NCBI GenBank assembly: GCA_038087875.1
Contig: CM075990.1
Coordinates: forward strand, 10,604,001-10,668,000
Direction of reading: 5' to 3'
DNA length: 64,000 nt
Origin: Malacoraja senta
Taxonomy: Eukaryota
Every line of letters starts with the position of its first letter. Within the stretch, counting starts at the first letter, position 1. The translations under genes and the position numbers were made by a program. Positions 53,210 to 64,000 of this stretch are shown piece after piece. The notes under the pieces were generated by a model, which did no database searches, was not told the DNA's origin, and saw nothing but the letters and a program-made list of their open reading frames with translations.

Positions 53210-53440
53210 AACGTGTATCTGTGGATGTGTGGATGTAAGTGTTTATGTATGTGTGGATGGATGGATGTGTGTGGATGTATGTGTGTGGATGTATGTGTGT
53301 GCATGGATGTGTACATGTATGTCTGCGTGCGGATGGATGTGTGTGTGTGTGTAAGCGGATGTATGTGTGTGTGTGTGCATGCATGGAAGTGTGCGTACGG
53401 ATGGATGTGTGTGTGGATGTGTGTATGTATGTGTGGATGG
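53210..53440. repeat. Degenerate TG/GATG microsatellite
   Basis: Direct reading. Confidence 0.9.
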
Positions 53441-54133
53441 ACTTTCGCACTGTCATTCACCAGCACGCCATTATCATAAGTAATTCACTCATTGTTTAAA
53501 TAATTTGACCAAATAAACAGTGAAACGATCGACACTAAAATAAAACTTTATGTTAGACGCTTCCCCCCCTGGTGAATGCTATGTACTGACCTTTCTCTGT
53601 TTCTTTCCCGAGTGCAGGCCTTGTGGATGTGAGTCTGGAAGCAAAGGGTTAAAAGGCTCCTGTACCCGATTGGCCAAGCTGCATCAGGTGACGGGTGACT
53701 CATCTGAAGCTTAAATTCCAGAGCTCCCAGAATTCTCTCTCTTCTTCACCGACCCTGACTTGTGAGCTGACTGCTGGAGTGAACTGCAGAAGGCCTGGCC
53801 ACATGGCATAGAACTCTGTGTACTTTCACAATTAATTAGTAACAAACATTGAATTGGGACGGATAAGGGCTGACCTTAGTGTTTTCGTGTATTTTGTTTC
53901 AGGGTTATATATCTTTAGGCAGGTTAGAGTCTCTGGTTCGACGGTCCATCACGTGGCTGGCTGGAGCACCGTTAAATTGTTTGTCAGTCCATCCATATCC
54001 CTGACTGGGTTGTTTGAATCAGGTTTGGGTTTTGTGTTCCATTGATTAATTAAACATTTTTTTGAACTTGAACCTGGTTTTTGACTTATGTTACGTGGCT
54101 CTGAAGTACCTGCATTTGGGAGCCGTAACAAAA

Positions 54134-54146
54134 TGGGGGCTCGTCC
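54134..54146 (+). promoter_or_regulatory. Primer binding site, tRNA-Pro
   Basis: TGGGGGCTCGTCC 3 nt after the 5' LTR, complementary to the tRNA-Pro 3' end. Confidence 0.85.
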
Positions 54147-54298
54147 TAAGTTTTGAGGACCCTAGACGTTTTTTTGGGGGGGGGGTTTGGTAGGCTTCTG
54201 ACTAAGGAATTCTGTGTTGTGAGGGAAATGTTTTCTTCTCTGTTTGTGATAGCATTGGTGCCCAGGGTTTTAGCTGGTGGTTTGGAGTTACATTTGAA

Positions 54299-57200
54299 AT
54301 GGAATTTAAGGTGGAAGAGTTTGTTGAGACTCCTAGCCTAGAGATGTTTCATCAATGTACTAAGGCAAATTTAGTGTTGCTTGCAGATAAATATGGCGTT
54401 TCTATTAATAAACTGGCACACAAACTGTCAATTAAGACGTTGTTATGGACTGCTTTGGTTGACCAAGAGGTGTTGCCTAGTAGTCCTGACAGTCATAAAT
54501 CTATACAGCCAGTTCAGAACATGGAGGCCGTCATTAAACTGAAGGAGATGGAGCTTGAGTCACAGAGAATGGAGCTCATGCATGTTCTTGAAATGAAACG
54601 GCTTGAGGAGGAAACCAAAAGGGCTGAATTTCAGCTGCGGGAGAAAGAATGAGATATTTCCCGGTTCTCTTCTAGAGAGCATGAGTTTGATGTGAGCAGA
54701 AATATTCGTTTGGTTCCACCATTCAGTGAAAAAGATGTTGATAAATATTTCACTTTGTTTGAGCGTGTGGCTATATCACTGAAGTGGCCTAGGGACGTGT
54801 GGACCTTGCTATTGCAGTGTGTCCTTGTGGGTAAAGCACGGGAGGTGTACTCGTCTTTGTCTGTTGAAAGTAGTCTGGACTATGAGTGTGTGAAGTCTAC
54901 AGTATTAAGGGCTTATGAATTAGTTCCAGAGGCGTACCGGCAGAAATTCCGGCGCTTTAGGAAGTTTGATAGTCAGGCTTATGTGGAGTTTGCTAGGGAG
55001 AAGGAGGCACTTTTTGACATGTGGTGCGCTTCTCAAGGAGTGAAGGATATTGGGCAACTGCGGGCCTTGGTGATTATGGAAGACTTTAAGAACTGTCTCC
55101 CTGAGAGGGTTACTACTTACCTTAATGAGCAGAAGGTGAATGAGGTGTCTAAGGCAGATGAGTATGTATTGACTCATAAAACTGATTTTGTTGGGCGCTC
55201 CTATAGTTTTGGTGCACGGACGGTTGATCGTGGTGGTGTCGCTGGTGGCAGTGTCAAAGGTGTTTCTGTGCCTGCAAGTGGCAGCACGTTGATACAGGGG
55301 GAGGTCCGAGCTGATAAGGTAGACGGAAATTTGAGGACTAACGAAGGTCCTGTGTGCTACTATTGTAGAGGGAGAGGGCACATGTTAAAGGCGTGTCCCA
55401 TTCTGAAGCAGAAAAATGCAAAGCCTGTGGCTTTGGTGGGTACACAGAAGGCACCTGTGGTACCTGAGGTGCCTGAGTCTGAGGAGTGTAGGAATTATTC
55501 TGCGTTCATCATGAATGGTTTTGTTTCTCTGGAGGATGGGGGTGATAAAGTTCCAGTATCCATCTTGCGTGATACTGGTGCTACTCAGTCCTTTATATTG
55601 GAGAGTGTACTGCCGTTTTCTGGTGAATCATCGGTTGGGTCAAGTGTCCCTGTGGTAGGATTCGGGATGGATGACATGGTAGTGCCTTTGCATACCGTGA
55701 GTCTCGAGTCTGAGTTGGTTTCAGGCCGGGTAACTGTTGGGTTACGGCCGTGTTTTCCCGTTGGGGGAGTTTCTGTAGTTTTGGGGAATGACTTGGCAGG
55801 AGGTCGAGTTTTGGTTACTCCTGAGGTGACGGCTGTTCCGATGGTGCAGATTGCTGATAGATTGGCTATGCAGCATCCGAGGGTCTTCGCAGCTTGTGCT
55901 GTCACGAGGGCTATGGCTAAGCGCCAAGCGAAGTTTGAGGATGTAGTGGACCTGAGTGAGAGCATTTTTGGGGATCAGGATGAGGGATCCTGTGTTGTGA
56001 AGGGTGTTTCTACATCTCAAGATGGGATAGTGTCTGAAAATGGGCCGGTGTCGCTGTCACGTGACCGGCTGGTTGAGGAGCAAAAGAGTGATCCAGGTTT
56101 ATCTGATCTGTTCGACTGCGCGGTGCCTGAGGGGGATATGGATTCCACAGAAAAGGGTTATTTCCTAAGGGAGGGCTTACTGATGCGAAAGTGGTCTCCC
56201 TTGGATATATCTGGGCATGATGATTGGAGCGTGGTTGATCAGATTGTGATACCTCGTCGGTATAGGGACGAGATACTCGGTTTGGCTCATGATGGTCCTC
56301 TGGGTGGACATTTGGGGGTCAATAAGACGTATGACCGTATCTTACGGAATTTTTTTTGGCCAGGGTTGAAAAGGGACGTGAAAAGTGCAGGTGTTGTCAC
56401 ATTTGCCAGGTGGCAGGAAAGCCGAACCAATCGATTGTTCCTGCGCCATTATATCCAATCCCTGTGGTCGGTGATCCGTTTGAGTGGATTCTAGTTGATT
56501 GTGTGGGTCCTCTAGCTCGGACAAAGATGGGCAACAAGTTTTTATTGACAATTATGTGTGCGTCTACCCGCTTTCCGGAGGTGGTCCCTTTGCGTAGAAT
56601 TACTGCCCCTACCATTGTGAAGTCACTCACTACGTTTTTTTCGTTGTTCGGTTTGCCCAAGGTTGTGCAGAGTGACCAAGGTTCCAACTTCATGTCGAAG
56701 GTTTTTGGTCAGGTAATGAAGTTGTTAGATATTAAGAATTGTTACTCCAGTGCGTATCACCTTGAGAGCCAGGGAGCTCTCGAGAGGTTTCACCAGAATC
56801 TGAAATCTATGTTGAGGACTTACTGCCTGGAGTTTGAAAAAGACTGGGATGAGGGGGTTCATCTAGTTATGTTTGCGGTGCGTGAGGTCGTGCAGGAGTC
56901 TTTAGGGTTCAGTCCTGCTGACCTGGTGTTCGCGCATACTGTATGTGGGCCGTTGAGGGTCCTAAAGGAGAAATGGTTGCAGGAGGATACAAAACGTAGT
57001 ATTTTAGACCACGTCTGTACCTTTCGGTCTAGACCGAAGAGGGCATGCGAACTGGCAATGGGTAATCTTGCTTCTGCTCAGTCTAGGATGAAGGGGTGGT
57101 TCGACAGGAAGACTTCTAGTAGGAATTTTTCTCCAGGTGACAAGGTCCTGGTGTTTTTGCCTATTCCTGGTTCCAGTCTGCAGGATCGGTATAGTGGTCC

Positions 57201-58837
57201 CTATCAGGTGGTTAAGAAGGTTGGTGAAAGGGATTATGTTATTGGTACCCCAGATCGAAGGCGTAAGACTCAGCTCTGTCATGTCAACATGATGAAGCAG
57301 TACCATGAGCAGGAGCCTGTGGAGGTTGATGGGGAGGTGCTGTGTCCTTCGGTTTCGTCTAAGCCTGTTTTGGCTGCAGTGGTGCTGCCCCCTGACACGG
57401 GTGGTGCTGTGGGTGAGGCACGGTTGTCGGTGGCAGTGACGCAGGGAAGGCTGTGTAACTCTGAGGCTTTGGAGTCGCTTCCCTTGCGGCTGTCGCATTT
57501 GACTGAAAGTCAGCGGGGTGATCTGCTTGCTTTGGTGAAGTCAAATGGGTCACTGTTCTCGGATGTGCCTTCTCAGACATCTGTGCTGCAGCATGACATT
57601 GACGTGGCCGGTGCTGCGCCAATTAAACAGCATCCGTATCGGGTCAACCCTGACAGGCATCATCGTCTAGGGAGTCAGGTTGAATATATGCTGCGGCATG
57701 GTATTGCTGAACCTAGTTGTAGTCCGTGGAGTTCTCCGTGTCTACTGGCTATGAAGGCTAATGGGGAGGACAGGTTTTGCACGGACTTTCGGAAAGTGAA
57801 TGGGGTAACTAAGCCGGATTGCTATCCTCTCCCACGAATGGAGGATTGCGTGGATCGTGTGGGAAGTGCATCTTTTGTGTCTAAATTGGACTTGTTAAAA
57901 GGGTATTGGCAAGTTCCCTTGACTAGGCGGGCGAGGGAGATCTCTGCGTTCGTTACGCCTGATAACTTTCTGCAGTATACAGTAATAGCATTTGGGATGC
58001 GCAATGCGCCGGCAACCTTCCAACGGTTGGTGAACATTGTATTGTCTGGTTTGTCCTTCTGTGAGGCATACCTTGATAATTTGGTTGTGTGCTCCAGGTC
58101 GTGGATCGAACACATCTGAAGGAGGTATTTCATCGTCTAGCGGAGGCAAAGCTAACTATCAATCCGGGGAAGTGTGAGTTTGGCCAGGCCACGGTAACGT
58201 ATCTGGGTAAGGTGGTGGGCCGGGGTCAGGTTCGCACTCTCAAGGAAAAGGTGGAGCATATTGTCGCATTTCCTGCTCCAACCTCGAGGACTGAACTCCG
58301 TGGGTATCTGGCTATGGTTGGGTACTATAGGGGATTCTGTCCAAACTTCTCTGCGGTGGCTGCCTCTTTGACGGATCTGCTGAGTCCGAAGGTAGCTTTT
58401 GTGTGGTCCGCTGAGTGTCAACAAGCCTTTGATCATACTAAAAGTCTTCTGGTGCGCGCACCTGTGCTTGCGGCACCTGACTTTGAGCATCCATTTAAGC
58501 TGGCAGTGGATGCTAGTGATCGTGGGGTTGGGGGAGTTCTTCTACAGGATGATTCAGATGGGGTGGAGCATCCAGTTTCGTACTTCTCTAAGAAGTTTAA
58601 TCGGCATCAGAAGTGGTACTCCACCATTGAGAAAGAAGCCCTTGCTATTTTGTTGTCTCTGGATCATTTCAAGGTTTATGTTGGCTCCTCGAATGTCCGT
58701 TGGTATTTTTGCATAGTATGAAGAATAAGAACCGGCGGTTAATGAGCTGGAGTTTGCAGCTGCAAGACTACAACCTGGAGGTCAGGCATATCCGTGGCAA
58801 GGATAATGTCTTGGCTGACGCCTTGTCGCGCCAGTAG
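54299..58837 (+). pseudogene. gag-pol polyprotein: Gag (SCAN-like capsid, CCHC), protease, integrase, RT, RNase H
   Basis: CYYCRGRGHMLKAC; LRDTGA; GGHLG..CHIC, VDCVGP, SDQGSNF, LERFH, GPY; LDLLKGYWQ, YLDN; VDASDRGVG, ADALSR; in-frame TGA at 54650-54652 and several frameshifts. Confidence 0.92.
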
Positions 58838-60197
58838 AGTTTTAGCTCCTGAATAGTTTCTGGGAATTGGTGGTGTTTTTTCTCTCTGCTTCCGAAACTT
58901 ATTCAGTATCTTTGGGTGGGGGTGTTAGGCGCTTCCCCCCCTGGTGAATGCTATGTACTGACCTTTCTCTGTTTCTTTCCCGAGTGCAGGCCTTGTGGAT
59001 GTGAGTCTGGAAGCAAAGGGTTAAAAGGCTCCTGTACCCGATTGGCCAAGCTGCGTCAGGTGACGGGTGACTCATCTGAAGCTTAAATACCAGAGCTCCC
59101 AGAATTCTCTCTCTTCTTCGCCGACCCTGACTTGTGAGCTGACTGCTGGAGTGAACTGCAGAAGGCCTGGCCACATGGCATAGAACTCTGTGTACTTTCA
59201 CAATTAATTAGTAACAAATATTGAATTGGGACGGATAAGGGCTGACCTTAGTGTTTTCGTGTATTTTGTTTCAGGGTTATATATCTTTAGGCAGGTTAGA
59301 GTCTCTGGTTCGACGGTCCATCACGTGGCTGGCTGGAGGACCGTTAAATTGTTTGTCAGTCCATCCATATCCCTGACTGGGTTGTTTGAACCAGGTTTGG
59401 GTTTTGTGTTCCATTGATTAATTAAACATTTTTTTGAACTTGAACCTGGTTTTTGACTTATGTTACGCGGCTCTGAAGTACCTGCATTTGGGAGCCATAA
59501 CACTTTATATAATCATTTATTTCCCCAATTTATTTGTTTACATTACATCTGATCTTCATCTGAATATTCTTCATCAGATTCCAAGTCTTTTGATAAGTTT
59601 TGATAAGTCCATTGATAAGTTAGTTCAAGTTTAAGTGGAGGGTCAGGCAGAGGCTACAAAAAAAAACATCTCGGTCATTAAGTCTGCATGCAATTCATAA
59701 AATTTAAACCTCTTCTTAATGTTAATGAGAATAACACTGTTACTACCATAGATAAATTAGTTCAAGTTCAAGTTCACATACACCAATTCATTTCTGCATA
59801 AACATCAGCCATTTCTGACCATTTCTCACTCCAATGGAAGCCTATAGAGTGCGATCAATATTCCTCCGTTTTTCTCCCGTGGTCGGGGCCTGGAAACGGC
59901 CGCTACCGACGGCACTATGTACAGCCTCCCCCCCCCCCCCGCCGCCCGCGGAGATGATCCAAAAACACTCCGCGGCTCCGCTTTCGCGAATCGGCCGCTT
60001 CTTGATTGAGACCGCGGCTTCACTATGTTAAGTACATAGGCCCTGCGATCGGAGCACTTGTACTCGGTAAGTTATCGCAGGCAGCTCCGAGATTAGAGGT
60101 TAAAGACTTATTAGACTACAACAAGCAGGCATTAGTGACAATGTTTAATTTACCTTGGATTTAACTATGGATACACATAGTTTAGGCCCTCAACTTC

Positions 60198-60314
60198 ATG
60201 AATGAATGAATGAGTGAATGAATGAGTGAGTGAATGAATGAGTGAATGAGTGAGTGGGTGAATGAGTGAGTGATGAATGAATGAGTGAATGAATGAGTGA
60301 ATGAATGAGTGAAT
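60198..60314. repeat. (TGAA/TGAG)n microsatellite
   Basis: Direct reading. Confidence 0.95.
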
Positions 60315-60415
60315 GTACAGCCTCCAAATCTCATTTTTTCACATTATAAAGGTGCAATTAAATTAATTAAAGTGCATACAGATTAATTTTCATAAATTCA
60401 GACTTTAGATCTTAC

Positions 60416-60642
60416 CTTTTCAGTTCGTTGATTCACAAAGTTTGACTGCAGCACCTCAGGCAGGGACATTGCTTTCAAGACTTTCTTCCACTTAGCTGCA
60501 CATTCTTCAGACTTCTTCATGCTTTTCTCACTAAATTTAATTACCCTGCTGCAAGTTTCCACGACATGTATTCCACAGAACTAGAAAGAATCTTCATCGG
60601 AATCTCCAGTAAATCAGGCATTAGTGAAGCCCTCTCAGCCAT
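60416..60642 (-). pseudogene. Possible decayed first exon of the Academ-like transposase
   Basis: ATG at 60642; reading FCGIHVVETCSRVIKFSEKSMKKSEECAAKWKK..SNFVNQRTEK then GTAAG donor; needs a frameshift and passes one stop. Confidence 0.4.
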
Positions 60643-60914
60643 GTTGTGTGCTAGCCTGAAACAAAGCACGTGATTGGCCAACTGGCATATAACTCAATGT
60701 TAAACGTGCTTTAATTGGACTAAAAATACCCTAAAATTTTCCGGTTTTTCTCTAATTTAATAAAAAAAATGTGCAAGTCTTGTTCATGACGAGTTTCAGG
60801 GGTGATTTATATAATTTTTTTACACAATATGTGAAAATTTCATGTAGTTCGGTGACTTGGGTCACGAAACACTGGAATAAAGCTCCTCGGCCCACAGCCT
60901 AGTAGTCATTGAGA

Positions 60915-61075
60915 CAGGTTACTCTATTTTTCTTCGGGATTGGCATGATGGAGGCTTCCTTGAAACAGATGGGGACAGTAGAGAGTGGAAGTGGTAGGTC
61001 AAAGATATGTGTAAAGACTGTGGCCAATTGATTAGCGCATAATTTCAAAGCCTTCCAGGGAATTCATCCAGGCTG
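60915..61075 (-). mobile_element. Rex1/Babar-like RT fragment
   Basis: KALKLCANQLATVFTHIFDL..VPICFKEASIMPIPKK. Confidence 0.6.
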
Positions 61076-61099
61076 ACCATGAGGAATTGAAATAACTAA

Positions 61100-61822
61100 G
61101 TATTATAACAAAATGGTATTAGAGAAATTGATAAGCTTGAAAGGTGACGAATCTCAAGGACCAAAAAAGGTGGCCCTAGAAATAGTGGATGGTCTGGTTA
61201 TCAACTTCTAAAAGTTCTGTAAACCCTCAAATTGCATGTGTGGATTGGAGAGTAGCTAATGTGATTTCATTGTTTAATAAAAGAGAGAATAAAATAGGAA
61301 TTTGTCAAACTGTTAAGCTAACGTCAGTGTAAAAAGTCTTATTGCATATATATATAGGGCTTTGATGAGACTGTATACTTGGAATATTGTGCAGTTTGAT
61401 CACAATTATCTAAGAAAGGTTATAGAGTGAGTGCAGTGAAGATTCGCTCGCCATGGCTCCATGCGTATCAGGATTGCCCTGTGAAGAGAGTCTAATGAGG
61501 CTGGGACTTCAGTCTTTAAAATTTAGAAGAATGAAACAAGATTTCATCTCAACAATATATTTTTAAAGATTTCTCAGAATAGATGAAGGGAATACATTTC
61601 TGCTGGTTGAATCGACTTCGATCAAGCAGCAGAGTTTCAGAAGAAGGCCATTTAGGATTGAGATAAGAAGACATTTCTTCATTCAGAGGGTGGTGAACAT
61701 TTGGAATTTTATCCCTCTACCTCTAAGAGTAGTGGAGAGTCAGTTATTGTGTTCATTTAAAATAGAGATTGATAGATTTCTAGACCTTAAGGAAATCGAG
61801 GGATATGGGCATTGTGCTAGTA
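61100..61822 (+). mobile_element. Old degraded CR1 fragment
   Basis: DWRVANVISLFNK, EYCAV, FRIEIRRHFFIQRVVNIWN-like remnants. Confidence 0.7.
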
Positions 61823-61849
61823 ATGCAGTTTTCATTTTTTCAAAGTCCA

Positions 61850-64000
61850 TTTAATCAAATTCATCAGTTCATTAACAACTAACATTGTCTTTAGGCAATT
61901 TTTAAAAAGCGGTTTTCATTTTTTTTTAAACGTTTTAATCAAATTCAACAATGTTCATTTTTAAAGAAAAAATGGGAGTTCTGAGGGATGAGGGGGAATG
62001 GAGGAAGATAGGGGTAAGAAGAGGGAAGGTCTTTGCACCGTCTGCCGTGGCTTGATGAAGTGAGTAAGCCAAGACCACAACATTTTGACAGATTTGTGCA
62101 AGCTCAAATATCAGACCCGCATGTAGATCCTGAGCTGCATGAATTGGTACTGAAGCACATGATTCATGGACCGTACTGCAACCACACCTCTCCATGTTGG
62201 AACAAAGGAAGATGCAGTAAGAGATTCCCAAAGCCATTTTTCGAGAGCACATGGTGTGGAGATGATTCATATCCTCTGTACATGAGAAGATCTCCAGATA
62301 TGGGAGGATTTCAGGGACATCAAGAGAGACGCCGGGATCGACCTATTACTTCTGATTGGGTGATGCCTTATAATGCTCAACTATTGAAGTTGTTCAAAAG
62401 TCACATCAATGTTGAGATATGCTCCTCTGTAAAGTCGGTCAAATATGTGATCAAGTACACCTTGAAGGGGAGTGATCAAGCAGTTTTTGGAGTTAACAGG
62501 GATGACGAAATTACACAGTACTTGAGTGGCATTGGTCCATCAAAAGCAGTGGCATAAATCCTTGGATTTCCGACTCATGAGAGTCCCTGCTGTCTTTTGA
62601 CTCAAGGTACATCTACCACAAGAACAACGAGTCGTCATCAGTCGATGCTGTTCAGCAGGTGATAAATCATGATAACACGTGAACAACTTTAACTGAATTC
62701 ATGGCATTGTGCTCTCGAGAGTCATTTGCAAGAACACTGTACTACGCTGATGTTCCCCGATTTTACACATGGAACAAGAGGAGATAGCAAAGAAGGAAGA
62801 TTGAGAAGAGAATGGAAGATCTTCCAGGTATTTTTGAAGCCAACGTTCTGGGACGAGTGTATACCGTGTCTCCAAGATGTGATGACCAGTACTACCTGAG
62901 ACTGCTTCTCCATCACGTAAAAGGGCCAGTATCCTTTGATTCATTGAAGACACATGATGGAGAAATTCATCCTTCCTTCAAATACGTCTGTAGAGAAAAA
63001 GGTTTGATGCAGACTGACGACCATCGGCAACACACAATGGAAGATGCTAAGAGGACGACTCCCCAGTGCAATGAGAGATTTGTTTGTTATTTTGCTGACG
63101 AATACTGAGATCAACAATCCTCGACAATTATGGGATCGTAATTTACCTTGAAAGAGAATGGAGAACAATCAGTGATCCTAATATCATAATTGATGACAGG
63201 CATCATTATCAGGCTCTGTTGTATATTTAGGACAAGCTTAAGAATCACAACAAAACAATGGAATGCTTTAATTTGCCATGACCAATAAATGAAAAGAGGC
63301 ACCTTGATGGTGACAATCCAGAATTACTACAGGAATTGCAATACAATAGAACTGAACAACAGCAATTTGTTGAAGAGAATGAGCCTTTGTTGAATGCTGA
63401 GCAGAGAGCAGTGTATGGCCAGGTGTGCAACTGCTTGAAAAGGAATCTTCCTTCAGTGTTTTTCATTGATTCACCAGGAGGAACAGGAAAGACATTTATC
63501 ACCAATTTGATCCTCTCCAAAGTTAGAGGTCAAGGTGTTGTTGCTATTGCTGTAGCATCCTCTGTGATAGCCGCTACATTAATGCCTGGTGGAAGAACTG
63601 CACATTCTTGATTCAAGATACCCATCCAAGTGACCAAGGATACATTCTGCAATATTGAGAAGAACTCCAACACGGCAGGTTTGATGAGGCAAGTGAAACT
63701 CATTGTTTGGGATGAGTGCCCGATGATTAGCAGGGAGAGTTTTGAAGTGGTGGACAAAATTCTTCTAGATGTATGTGGCAAGACTAAGTCTATTGGCGGG
63801 ATTCGTACCATTTGTTGTGGTGATTTTCGACAGCTCCTTCCTGTAGTGAAAAGGGGAAATGATGCTGATGTTGAAATTTCCTGCATCAAGAAATCCTACT
63901 TGAGGGGACTTTTCATCAAGTTTCAATTGGAGAGGAATATGCGATTGAGAGCGGGAGAAGGCGACTATTCTCAATTTTTGTTGAAAGTTGGAGAAGACAG
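61850..64000 (+). pseudogene. Helitron Rep/PIF1-helicase remnant (runs off window end)
   Basis: MIHGPYC..CSKRFPK, MPYNAQLL..SHINVEIC, catalytic KYVIKY; helicase FFIDSPGGTGKTF, GGRTAHS, IVWDECPM, GDFRQLLPV; multiple stops and frameshifts. Confidence 0.92.

Larger units (their letters stand above)
53551..59502 (+). mobile_element. Complete Ty3/Gypsy LTR retrotransposon, Gmr1-like
   Basis: 580-bp LTRs TG..CA at 53551-54130 and 58923-59502 (about 9 substitutions by eye); TSD CTTTA; PBS; G-rich PPT at 58914-58922. Confidence 0.95.
52218..60901 (-). mobile_element. Academ-like non-autonomous DNA transposon hosting the Gypsy element
   Basis: TIR TAGGCTGTGGGCCGAG at both ends; subterminal inverted repeat 52261-52296 / 60833-60868; 3-bp TSD GTA at 52215-52217 and 60902-60904. 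Confidence 0.7.

Overview
Eukaryotic, vertebrate-type intergenic or intronic DNA made up mostly of transposable elements. The repeat repertoire (CR1, tRNA-headed SINEs with CR1-like tails, L1, RTE/RTEX, Gmr1-type Gypsy, Helitrons) suggests a cartilaginous fish such as a skate; this is inference. I could not support any host gene exon. Main contents: (1) a near full-length frameshifted L1 (34424-40863) carrying a ~220-bp 3' transduction; (2) a complete Gypsy LTR element with PR-IN-RT-RH domain order (53551-59502) nested in an Academ-like TIR element (52218-60901); (3) a near full-length RTE (46359-50021); (4) a decayed Helitron Rep/PIF1 remnant (61850-64000) plus six related non-autonomous Helitrons; (5) several PIF/Harbinger-type MITEs, two of which appear split around kilobases of genomic cargo (29062-33600, 33974-42367); (6) a family of ~80-135-bp TSD-flanked repeats headed by a minimal hammerhead-ribozyme-like motif. 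All calls were made by eye, so family names need database confirmation.
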